DNA of 64,000 nt, from positions 1,235 through 65,234 of the forward strand of contig JBDOIF010000152.1 of assembly GCA_041082215.1 (NCBI GenBank), read 5' to 3'. Numbering within the stretch: the first letter of the stretch is position 1; every line of letters starts with the position of its first letter. The position numbers and the translations under genes are program-made. Positions 9,472 through 17,754 of the stretch are shown in pieces. A model generated the notes under the pieces. That model was not told the origin of the DNA and searched no databases. It worked only from the letters and a program-made list of their open reading frames with translations. The stretch comes from Anaerolineae bacterium. GTDB taxonomy: Bacteria; Chloroflexota; Anaerolineae; B4-G1; DUEL01.

Positions 9472-10275
9472 CTAGATGACCTTCTCGGCCAGCAGCTTTT
9501 CGACCAGGATGCGGGCTGCCTCGTCAACCGTCTCGGCTGCGATGATCTCCGCTGCTCCCTCCCGGGCCGGCGGCGGGAAGATCCGCTCCCACCGAACGCC
9601 CGACCCCGCTGCCCCGGCCCTGTCCGGCTCCGCGCCGATGTCGGCCGCCTTCCAGACCGGATACTCGGCGCGGGTGGCCTTCCGGATGCCCATAAAGGAC
9701 GGATAACGCGGCTCGTTGATCCCCTTCACCGTACCGACGACGGCCGGGAGCGGGGCCTTCACCACCTGCCGCCCCTGCTCCAGGAGCCGCTCCACGGTGA
9801 TGGAGCGCCCCTCCGGGTCCAGTTCGGCGATCTTGATGACGTAAGTCAGCGGAGCGAAGCCCAGCCGCCGGGCCAGTTCGATCGCCACCTGCCCGGTCTG
9901 GCTGTCAATCGCCGACTTGCCGAAGAGGACCAGGTCCACATCCCCCATCTTCTCGATGGCCTTTGCCAGCACATAGGAGGTCGCCAGCGTGTCCGACCCA
10001 TGAAAGGAGTCGTCCCAGATGCGGATCGCCTCGTCGCATCCCATAGCGATGGCGTGCTTGAGGGCCTCCAGTGCCGCCTCCGGCCCCATCGAGATGACGG
10101 TGACCTTTGGTGCTCCCCCGAACCGCTCCTTGATCAGCAGCGCTTCCTCGACCGCGTACTCGTCCCATGGGTTGATAATGATGGGCGAGTCCCCCCACGA
10201 TACGTTGCCCGCCTCGTCAACGGTCAGTTTGGCTGCCGAGTCGGGCGTCTGTTTGGTGCAGACGACGATGTGCAC
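9472..10275 (-). CDS. etfB: Electron transfer flavoprotein beta subunit
   Basis: MHIVVCTKQTPDSAAKLTVDEAG...WDEYAVEEALLIKE is a canonical EtfB N-terminus. Confidence 0.85.
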   Translation of the reverse strand: MHIVVCTKQTPDSAAKLTVDEAGNVSWGDSPIIINPWDEYAVEEALLIKERFGGAPKVTVISMGPEAALEALKHAIAMGCDEAIRIWDDSFHGSDTLATSYVLAKAIEKMGDVDLVLFGKSAIDSQTGQVAIELARRLGFAPLTYVIKIAELDPEGRSITVERLLEQGRQVVKAPLPAVVGTVKGINEPRYPSFMGIRKATRAEYPVWKAADIGAEPDRAGAAGSGVRWERIFPPPAREGAAEIIAAETVDEAARILVEKLLAEKVI

Positions 10276-10322
10276 AGCTCACCTCCTCTGAACGTGAAAC
10301 CTGGAACCTTAACCGGGGTTAT

Positions 10323-10357
10323 CAGACGTCAAACGTCAGACGTCATATGTCGAACGA
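10323..10357. repeat. Tandem heptanucleotide repeat (CAGACGT/CAAACGT, about 5 units), same family as 59150..59238
   Basis: cagacgtcaaacgtcagacgtcatatgtcgaacga, in the etfB / LysM-gene intergenic space. Confidence 0.6.
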
Positions 10358-10430
10358 TAACTGACCGACAGTCATTATATCCGCGAATGGAAAAGGCGCA
10401 AGTCCCTTCTCTTCTCCTGAGCGGGACCGG

Positions 10431-11456
10431 CTACGGATTCACGATAAGGATCTGTCCCACCTCGATTGTAGCATCCGCCCCTATGCCGTTGAGCGACGCC
10501 AGCGTGTCCACGCTCATCCCGAAGCGGCGGGCGATGGAGTAGAGCGTGTCGTGCGGCTGGACATAATAACCACAGGTCCCCCGCGGCGGCGGGACCGGGA
10601 TCAGGATCATCGCCCCGGCCTGGACCTGCTCCGGGTCGCTGATCTGGCTGGCGGCGGCGATGGCCTGAGCGGTGGTGCCGAACTTCAGCCCGATGCGGAA
10701 GAGGTTCTCCCCCGGCTGGACGACGTAATAGATGCCTCTTCTGCTTGCCTGAGGGGAGGGTTGAGGAGAAGCAGCGGCAGTCGGCTGGGCCGTCGGCACG
10801 GCCGTTGGCTGGGCCGTCGGCCCGGCGGTCGGCTGGGGCGCTTCCCCTTCTCCCCCCTCTCCCACAACGCTGACCAGCCCGGCGGAGAGGGGGGCGATCT
10901 CCAGAGGGTCTCCCTCAGCGTCGAGCGCCGCAACCTGCTCAAAGCGGAGAGCGGAGCTTCCCGCAGCCAATCCGCGCAGGATGAAGGAGGCCACCACCCC
11001 GTTTCCATCCACCCCGGTTCCAGGAGCCATCGCTACCTGGTAGAGGATGCGTCCGCCCTCCTGATCCACCCGGTTTTCCATCACCTGCCCCGGCGGTGGC
11101 ATCCGCCCCGGCGCGATCTGCACCCCCTCCGCCCCGGGGTCGGCATCCTCCACACCGACCAGGGTGGGGGCAAAGCTCAGCTCCACCAGGATGCCGTTCA
11201 ACTGTCGGGCACCGTCCACCCAGATGTTGACGGTGGCCGTTTCCCCTACCCCCAGCTCGACGACCGCCGGCTCCAGATAAAGGCTGGGGGGAAGCCCCTC
11301 CGCCGTCGCAACCGGACTGAGTTCAAAGGGGACGATCGGGGTGGGGACCGTCGGCGCGGTCGTCGGTGTGGTCGGCGTCTCCTCATAGACAGGCTCCACG
11401 CAGCCGGATAGAAGCAACGTCAGGCCGATCCCCAGCATCCATTTCCAAACACGCAT
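10431..11456 (-). CDS. Secreted lipoprotein with two C-terminal LysM domains
   Basis: Lipobox LLLSGC near the N-terminus (start set at MRVWKW); a Pro/Thr/Ala linker; two LysM motifs (YYVVQPGENLFRIGLKFG and YYVQPHDTLYSIARRFG). Confidence 0.75.
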   Translation of the reverse strand: MRVWKWMLGIGLTLLLSGCVEPVYEETPTTPTTAPTVPTPIVPFELSPVATAEGLPPSLYLEPAVVELGVGETATVNIWVDGARQLNGILVELSFAPTLVGVEDADPGAEGVQIAPGRMPPPGQVMENRVDQEGGRILYQVAMAPGTGVDGNGVVASFILRGLAAGSSALRFEQVAALDAEGDPLEIAPLSAGLVSVVGEGGEGEAPQPTAGPTAQPTAVPTAQPTAAASPQPSPQASRRGIYYVVQPGENLFRIGLKFGTTAQAIAAASQISDPEQVQAGAMILIPVPPPRGTCGYYVQPHDTLYSIARRFGMSVDTLASLNGIGADATIEVGQILIVNP

Positions 11457-11556
11457 CGCTACCTCCTCGAGGGGGAAAACTGGATTTCCGCTTGTCATTA
11501 TATCATTATATATGGAGGCACAGAGAACGCGGGGTTTCTCCGTGCCCTCCGCCGCA

Positions 11557-12393
11557 TCAGGTTTCGGGTTTCAGGCGGTAGAGGACCTCCGCCAACCGGG
11601 CCCAATCCTCCAGGCGGAGCCGTTCTGCCCGCTGACGGGGGTCGAGACCGGCCGCCAGCAATGCCCCGGCAACCTGCTGCGGGTCCAGCCCCAATCCCGC
11701 TGCCAGGCTGTTGCGCAACTGCTTGCGCGGCTGGGAGAAACCGGCCCGCACGATATGGAAAAAGGCCGCCACGTCCCCTACCGCCACAGGGGGAAAAGGG
11801 TAGGGATCGATCTGCACCACCGCCGACTCCACCTCCGGCCGGGGGTCGAAAGCGCCGGGCTTCAGGCGGAAGAGCACCCGGGGCCGACCGTAGAACTGAA
11901 CGCTTACCGCCAGCAAGCTCATCCGTCCGCCCCGGGCCTCGATCCGTTCCGCCACCTCCCGCTGGACCGTGACCACCAGGCGACGGGGCGGATGGGAGCT
12001 TTCCAGCAGGTGGCGAAGGACAGCGGAGGTGATGCCATAAGGGAGGTTGGCGACCACCCGGTACGGATGTCCCTCCATCAGGTCCGCCGGGTCGAGCGCC
12101 AGGATGTCCCCCTGAACGATCTGGACGTTGCGGCAGTCAGCCAGCTCCGCTTCAAGGACCGGGATCAGCCGCCGGTCCAGCTCCACCGCCACAACCCGCT
12201 CTGCCCGCTCCGCCAGCGCCCGGGTGAGCGTGCCCAGACCCGCCCCCACCTCCAGCGCCCATTCTCCTGCTTCCAGCTCCGCCGCGTCCGCGATCCGCTC
12301 CAGCGCCCCCCGGTCCACCAGAAAATGCTGCCCCAGCTCCTTCCGGGGCTCCAGCTCGTAGCGGCGCAGGATTTCTCGGATCGAACGATTCAT
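11557..12393 (-). CDS. rsmA: 16S rRNA (adenine1518/1519-N6)-dimethyltransferase
   Basis: LGQHFLVD, LEVGAGLGTLTRAL and NLPYGITS are KsgA/RsmA signature motifs. Confidence 0.9.
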   Translation of the reverse strand: MNRSIREILRRYELEPRKELGQHFLVDRGALERIADAAELEAGEWALEVGAGLGTLTRALAERAERVVAVELDRRLIPVLEAELADCRNVQIVQGDILALDPADLMEGHPYRVVANLPYGITSAVLRHLLESSHPPRRLVVTVQREVAERIEARGGRMSLLAVSVQFYGRPRVLFRLKPGAFDPRPEVESAVVQIDPYPFPPVAVGDVAAFFHIVRAGFSQPRKQLRNSLAAGLGLDPQQVAGALLAAGLDPRQRAERLRLEDWARLAEVLYRLKPET

Positions 12394-12651
12394 TGAAACT
12401 CAGCCGCCGGACAGTTTTATAGATCCCGAATACCACGAATCAGGCAAATGACACGAATTGTGCGAAACAGGCCCAAATAGGACCAGAACTGCCCGCAAGT
12501 ATTCGTGAGATTCGGTCTGTTCGCGCCATTCGCGATAAGGCTCCTGGGCTCCGACAAAGGTGTCAGGTGGTTAAATTGAAACCGCAGATTCAACCACGGA
12601 GACGCAGAGGACACCGAGAAGCCGTGAAGTGCCTTCCGCCCCTTCGTGGTC

Positions 12652-14034
12652 TCATTGCCCGATGATGTAGTTGATCTGATCCGGCGGAGGGACGGGGGTG
12701 AGGAGATAGACGTCCACCCACCGGTACCACAGCACCAGGTTGTCGTCGTCGTATCCCAGGTCAATCCGGCGGCCCTTGATCGCCCCGCCCGTATCCCCGG
12801 CCACGCCGATCCCATAGCCGGGCACGTAGACCTGGCTGCGCAGAGGAATGATGCGGGGGTCCACCGCGACGATGCCATACCCCATCGGCCAGCCCAGCCG
12901 TGTGCGGCCATAGTAAGGGCTGGACCGGGGGGTGCCGGCAGTGGCGGCGCTGTAGGAGGTGGCCAGCATCCGGACCACCCGCCAGTACTCCACCGTCCCC
13001 TCTGGCGTCTCCAGTTGACGGACCACGATCTGGGTCCCGTAGCCGATGATCTTGGTGGTCGGCGGGACGGCGACGTACTCGTTCTCCAGCGTGCGGGAGA
13101 CCTCCTGTCCATTCTCATAACGGACCCGCAGCCGTCGCTCCAGCACGCCGGGGGCGCCTTCCTGGATCAGCCGCTGATGGTCCAGCTCCAGTTCGGGGTC
13201 GGGTTGCCACACCACATCGAAGGGGATCGGCTCCTGCTGGATGAGGAACCGCTCGGAGACGCGCACCACCTCGACGGTCGTCTCCTCATCCAGGGAGGCG
13301 TCCGCGGGGGGAAGGGAGTAATCCTGTCCGGTGAGGACGATCCCCAGGTCGGCCAGAACCTGTCCGACCCGGTCCCGATGGGTGCGGGTGCGGATCGTCC
13401 GCCCGTCTACCCGCACCGTCACCGGGCGGGACCGCTCGATGTAGACATGGGCACCGGCGGTCAGCGGCGTCCCCAGGTCTGGCTCCACCCGGTCCGCCAG
13501 GTAGAGAGTAAGCCCTGTCTCCCACAGCGCGCCGCCCACGGTCCTGGCGGTGGTGTAGAAGGTGAACGAGCGCCCGTCCTCGTGGATCGTGACCGGCACG
13601 GCCCGCTCCACCCGAATGGTCTGCGGGCTGTTCTCCACGACGATCCGGTCGTGGGGCGTCAGGGAGACCCCCGCCTCGGCGAGGACCTGTCGGGGGTCGG
13701 TGGCGTGGGTGCGGACGGGCCAGGCTTCCCCGTCCGCCTCAACCCAGACCGGGCGGGCCCGCACCACGCGGACGGTCATCCCCGGCTCCAGGGGGTGGTC
13801 GGGCTCCGGCTCAACCCAATCCTCCGGGCAGACCTCCAGCCCGACGTCCAGCAGGAGTGCGCCCACCGTCGCCTGATGGGTGCGGACGGGCCGGGACTCC
13901 CCGTCCACGACCAGGGTGACAGCCTTCAGCGTGGATTGATACCCGGCAGCCAGCCCTCCGATGAGGAGCAACGCTGCCAGGATCGTCAAACCCCGCCGGA
14001 GGGACGGCGATAAATCCGGTGATTTGTGCCTCAC
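12652..14034 (-). CDS. YabE-like cell-wall protein (DUF348 / G5 / 3D domains)
   Basis: N-terminal TM anchor, repeated G5-like segments, and a C-terminal 3D (MltA-like) domain SYSAATAGTPRSSPYYGRTRLGWPMGYGIVAVDPRIIPL... Confidence 0.65.
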   Translation of the reverse strand: MRHKSPDLSPSLRRGLTILAALLLIGGLAAGYQSTLKAVTLVVDGESRPVRTHQATVGALLLDVGLEVCPEDWVEPEPDHPLEPGMTVRVVRARPVWVEADGEAWPVRTHATDPRQVLAEAGVSLTPHDRIVVENSPQTIRVERAVPVTIHEDGRSFTFYTTARTVGGALWETGLTLYLADRVEPDLGTPLTAGAHVYIERSRPVTVRVDGRTIRTRTHRDRVGQVLADLGIVLTGQDYSLPPADASLDEETTVEVVRVSERFLIQQEPIPFDVVWQPDPELELDHQRLIQEGAPGVLERRLRVRYENGQEVSRTLENEYVAVPPTTKIIGYGTQIVVRQLETPEGTVEYWRVVRMLATSYSAATAGTPRSSPYYGRTRLGWPMGYGIVAVDPRIIPLRSQVYVPGYGIGVAGDTGGAIKGRRIDLGYDDDNLVLWYRWVDVYLLTPVPPPDQINYIIGQ

Positions 14035-14090
14035 AAACCCTCTCTTAATGATAGGGCTTACTCAGTTCGACCTTTTCTCACCACGGAGAG

Positions 14091-14115
14091 AGGGGCGAAG
14101 CCTGGCTTCGCCCCT
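14091..14115 (-). terminator. GC-rich hairpin downstream of the SRP RNA 3' end
   Basis: aGGGGCGAAGCCtGGCTTCGCCCCt is a perfect 10-bp stem lying right after the predicted SRP RNA 3' end on the minus strand. Confidence 0.4.
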
Positions 14116-14119
14116 GTCC

Positions 14120-14400
14120 TGGCCGTGCACCCCCCTTCGAACCGCACTGCCCGGCTTGTCGTTGCCGTCCGGCTCCGGGCCGGCACCCCTGCGGCACCCG
14201 GGAGGGACTCTTTACCGTTGCTTCCTTCCGGACCTGGCGGGGTTCGGAGGCTCCCGCCGCGCAGGACCAGCCCCTCAACGCCTTCCGACACCGGCAGTCC
14301 CGTTCAGGCAAGCCCTCGGGGGGGAATTCGACCCCGCTATGGCGGATTGCGGGTACAGGGCACCGCCAGCTCCCCGTCTAGCACGGCCAGAGCTCATCTT
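14120..14400 (-). ncRNA. ffs: Signal recognition particle RNA, long (Bacillus-type) form with Alu domain
   Basis: The minus strand carries the domain-IV motif CAGGTCCGGAAGGAAGCAAC (complement of 14221..14240). The 5' part GGCCGTGCTAGACGGGGAGCTGGCGGTGCCCTGTACCCGCAATCCGCCATAGCGGGGTCGAATTCCC is near-identical in pattern to the B. subtilis scRNA Alu domain, and the 3' GAAGGGGGGTGCACGGCC matches the scRNA 3' end. Ends are approximate. Confidence 0.75.
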
Positions 14401-14439
14401 ACTCCAGGCAGGGGGTTTTGTCAAACCGGTTGCTGGTTG

Positions 14440-16680
14440 CTAGTCGGTTTCGCCGCCGATGACGCGGCGGGGCCGACCGGCAGCCTCCTGTGGCCCGACC
14501 AGCCCCATCTCCTCCAGTTGCTCCATCAGCCGGGCAGCGCGGGGGTAGCCGATACGTAGCTGCCGCTGCAGGTAGGAGGCGGAGATCGTCTTCCGTCTCC
14601 GCACCAGCTCGACGGCCTGCTCTAACAGCCCGTCATCCTCATCCGCACTGCCGAGGTCTGTTCCCTCTTCATGTCGCATCATAGGCTCCCAGGGGGCCTC
14701 CGCTGGCCATCCCGGCACCTGACTCCGCCAGAAATCCACCACCCGCTGAACTTCCTCCTCCCCCACGTAGCAACCCTGCACCCGCACCGGCCGTCCGGCG
14801 TCGGCGGCCAGATAGAGCATGTCGCCCCGTCCCAGGAGCGTTTCCGCCCCCGGCATGTCCAGAATCACCCGCGAATCCACCTGGCTGGCGGTGGCGAAGG
14901 AGATGCGGGCCGGAAAGTTGGCTTTGATGAGGCCGGTGACCACGTCGGTGCTGGGCCGCTGCGTGGCGACGACCAGGTGGATGCCGGTCGCCCGGGCCAT
15001 CTGCGCGATGCGGCAGATGGTCCGCTCCGTCTCCTCGGGGGCAAGCATCATCAGATCGGCCAGCTCGTCAATGAGGACGACGATGCGGGGAAGCCGCTCC
15101 TCCGGATTCCGACGCCCCACCTTCTCATTGTAGTCGTCCAGATGACGGGCACCGGCAGCGGCGAACTGCTTATACCGCCGATCCATCTCGTGCGCCACCC
15201 ACCGCAGCACCCGCGCGATGCGGTCCAGCTCCACTTCGGCATGGCCCAGCAGGTGGGGCAGGCCGTTGAAACGGACCAGCTCCACCATCTTGGGGTCAAT
15301 CATCACCATCCTCAGTTCGTCGGGACGGTTGATCATCGCCAGGCAGACGGCCATCGCCTTGATGCAGACCGATTTGCCGGAGCCGGTGGTGCCGGCGATG
15401 AGCAGATGGGGCATCACCCCCAGGTCGGCGACCACGGCGCTCCCGGCCACGTCCTCCCCCAGCGCGATGGCCAGGGGGGAGTCCAGCGCCTGGAACTCCT
15501 CGCTCTCCATCACTGAGCGGAGGGTGACCAGGCCGATCTCCTCGTTTGGGACCTCGATGCCGACCACGGAGCGGCCCGGCACCGGGGCCTCTACCCGCAG
15601 GGAAGGGGCAGCCAGCGCCAGCGCCAGGTCGTCGGTCAGGGCGGCGATCTGGCTCACCCGCACCTTATGGGCCCGCTGCTGCCCGTTGGGTCCGGCCCGC
15701 TGGGTAAAGCCAGGGGCGACGCCGAACTGGGTCACCGTGGGGCCGCGACGCACTTCCACGACCTCCACCGGCAAGCCAAACTGGGCAAGGGTCTCTTCAA
15801 TGATGCGGCTCTTCAGCCGTACCTCCTCATCGGAGAGGCCGGGTTGCTCCCCTTCCTCCAGAAGGTCGAGGGGAGGGAGCATCAGCTCCCCTGGTGGAGG
15901 AGCCGCGGCGGAGAGAGGGACGGGTTTCGGCTTCAGCGGAGGCTCCCGGACGGCGGCGGGGGCGGTGGTGGGCCGCTCCACCGGTGGAGGCGACGGGGCT
16001 GGCGCAGGAGGTTCCCGGACGGCGGATCGGCGTGCCGGAGCTGCTCCTGTCCGCGGGGCCGCACCGGTGCGACGGGAGGGCGCAGCGGTGGGCTGCGGAC
16101 GACGCTGGACCGGACGGGTCCTCCGCACCCTCTCCCACACATCCCGCAACGTTACGTCGAACGCAAGCCCCAGGCCGATCAGGAGGAGCAGGAAAAAGAG
16201 GATCCCGGCGACCAGCACACCCATATAGAGGCTCAAGACGTGGGCCAGCGCCCACCCCACCAGCCCTCCGCCCCATCCGCTCTCGACCAGCGCCCAGGGG
16301 TTGGCGCGGCCAGCCACCAGGTGGGTCAGAGCCAGGAGGGCGAAGAAAACCAGCTCCAGGCCCACGGCCGGCCGCCACCGCCAGACGATGGGGCGGTCCA
16401 GATGGTGCTGGAGGATCAGCACCCCCGCCCCTCCTATCGCCACGGTGACCGGCACGATACCCCAGCCGAAAAGGAACCGCAGCAGGCTGACCCAGGCGTC
16501 GGTCCAGCGGCCGGAGGTCACTCCCAGCAGCGCCAGAAAGGTCAGCAGGGCCAGCACAATCAGACCGACCGCCATCGTCTGCTGGACCAGAGGGCTGGTA
16601 AGCCAGGCCAGCCAGTAGGAGAACTCTCCTGGTCGCCCTTTTTGCGGGCTGCCCTTCCGATCGGCCTCCCGACGTGTCAT
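14440..16680 (-). CDS. ftsK: DNA translocase FtsK/SpoIIIE
   Basis: N-terminal TM segments, a Pro/Ala-rich linker, Walker A GTTGSGKS, and a C-terminal winged-helix gamma domain. Confidence 0.9.
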   Translation of the reverse strand: MTRREADRKGSPQKGRPGEFSYWLAWLTSPLVQQTMAVGLIVLALLTFLALLGVTSGRWTDAWVSLLRFLFGWGIVPVTVAIGGAGVLILQHHLDRPIVWRWRPAVGLELVFFALLALTHLVAGRANPWALVESGWGGGLVGWALAHVLSLYMGVLVAGILFFLLLLIGLGLAFDVTLRDVWERVRRTRPVQRRPQPTAAPSRRTGAAPRTGAAPARRSAVREPPAPAPSPPPVERPTTAPAAVREPPLKPKPVPLSAAAPPPGELMLPPLDLLEEGEQPGLSDEEVRLKSRIIEETLAQFGLPVEVVEVRRGPTVTQFGVAPGFTQRAGPNGQQRAHKVRVSQIAALTDDLALALAAPSLRVEAPVPGRSVVGIEVPNEEIGLVTLRSVMESEEFQALDSPLAIALGEDVAGSAVVADLGVMPHLLIAGTTGSGKSVCIKAMAVCLAMINRPDELRMVMIDPKMVELVRFNGLPHLLGHAEVELDRIARVLRWVAHEMDRRYKQFAAAGARHLDDYNEKVGRRNPEERLPRIVVLIDELADLMMLAPEETERTICRIAQMARATGIHLVVATQRPSTDVVTGLIKANFPARISFATASQVDSRVILDMPGAETLLGRGDMLYLAADAGRPVRVQGCYVGEEEVQRVVDFWRSQVPGWPAEAPWEPMMRHEEGTDLGSADEDDGLLEQAVELVRRRKTISASYLQRQLRIGYPRAARLMEQLEEMGLVGPQEAAGRPRRVIGGETD

Positions 16681-16687
16681 CCGAGCC

Positions 16688-17689
16688 CTACCCGTCCGCC
16701 TGCGCTACCGGCCCCTGGCCATCCGCCTCCTCCAGCTGGCGCAGGCTGAGGCCGAGGCGACGGCGAGCGCCGTCCACACTGACCACCCGCAAACGTACCC
16801 ATTGCCCTTCCTGAACCACCTTGCGAGGGTGCAAATTCTCCCCTTCTTTCAATTCAGAGGCGTGGATCAGCCCCTCCAGCCCCTCTTCGACCCTGACAAA
16901 AGCGCCGAAGTCCACCACGTTGGTGATCACCCCCTCCACCACCTGTCCCACGTGGTACCGCTGTTCAACCGTATCCCAGGGGTTGGTCTGGGCCCGTTTG
17001 AGGCTCAACCCCACCCGCCCCCGTTCCCGGTCCACATTGAGGACGTAAACCTGCACCTCCTGCCCGGGGCGGAGGACATCGGAGGGGTGCTCGATGCGGC
17101 TCCAGGAGATTTCAGAGATATGGATCAGCCCCTCCAGCCCTCCCAGGTCAATGAAGGCGCCGAATGAGCAGAGGTTCGTCACGCGCCCCCTGCGGATATC
17201 CCCCGGCTCCAGGCTCTCCAGCAACGCCAGTCGGCGGGCCTCGTCGGAGCGGCTGGCCCGCTCAGAGAGCACCAGTCGGCTTCGCTCCTCATCCACCTCG
17301 ATGACCCGGAGGCGGAGCACCCGACCGAGCCGGGCTCGCAGCTCCCGCTCCCGCTCCCCCTCGTCCAGGTAGGGCGGAAAGTCGGCCAGGTGGGAGACAG
17401 GGACAAAACCCTGGTGGCCGTTCCATTCGACCAGAAGGCCGCCCCGATTGTAACCGGTGGCCTGCAATTCCAGCACCGTCCCCTCATCCATCGCCTGTCT
17501 GGCCGCCCGCCACCTCCCATCCGAGGGGGGCGGAGAGCTTGCGGGCCTCTCCACAGCAATTCCCAGCATGCGCCAGACCATCTCCGTTTCCACCGGAGGG
17601 GCCGGTAGCTGGCTATGCTCGCCCTCTTCCACCAGAGCCCGCCAGTACGATTCGTCACAAGGCGCATTCCCAGGCAAGAACTCCACCAT
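16688..17689 (-). CDS. S1 RNA-binding domain protein (multi-S1 repeat)
   Basis: Repeated S1 motifs (GRVTNLCSFGAFIDLGGLEGLIHISE..., GVITNVVDFGAFVRVEEGLEGLIHASE...). Confidence 0.75.
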   Translation of the reverse strand: MVEFLPGNAPCDESYWRALVEEGEHSQLPAPPVETEMVWRMLGIAVERPASSPPPSDGRWRAARQAMDEGTVLELQATGYNRGGLLVEWNGHQGFVPVSHLADFPPYLDEGERERELRARLGRVLRLRVIEVDEERSRLVLSERASRSDEARRLALLESLEPGDIRRGRVTNLCSFGAFIDLGGLEGLIHISEISWSRIEHPSDVLRPGQEVQVYVLNVDRERGRVGLSLKRAQTNPWDTVEQRYHVGQVVEGVITNVVDFGAFVRVEEGLEGLIHASELKEGENLHPRKVVQEGQWVRLRVVSVDGARRRLGLSLRQLEEADGQGPVAQADG

Positions 17690-17754
17690 CTTACCTCCCT
17701 ACTGAAGAGACAGACGTACGGATTGATCGGACACGAATTCAAACGAGTTCCAGT

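Noticed and set aside
12646-14013. 455-aa plus-strand ORF
   Set aside because: Antisense to the YabE-like DUF348/G5/3D gene; composition-driven.
14330-14350. tRNA/tmRNA-like GGGGTCGAATTCCCCCC T-arm-like motif
   Set aside because: It is part of the SRP RNA Alu domain (matches the B. subtilis scRNA), not a tRNA; no acceptor, D or anticodon arm context.
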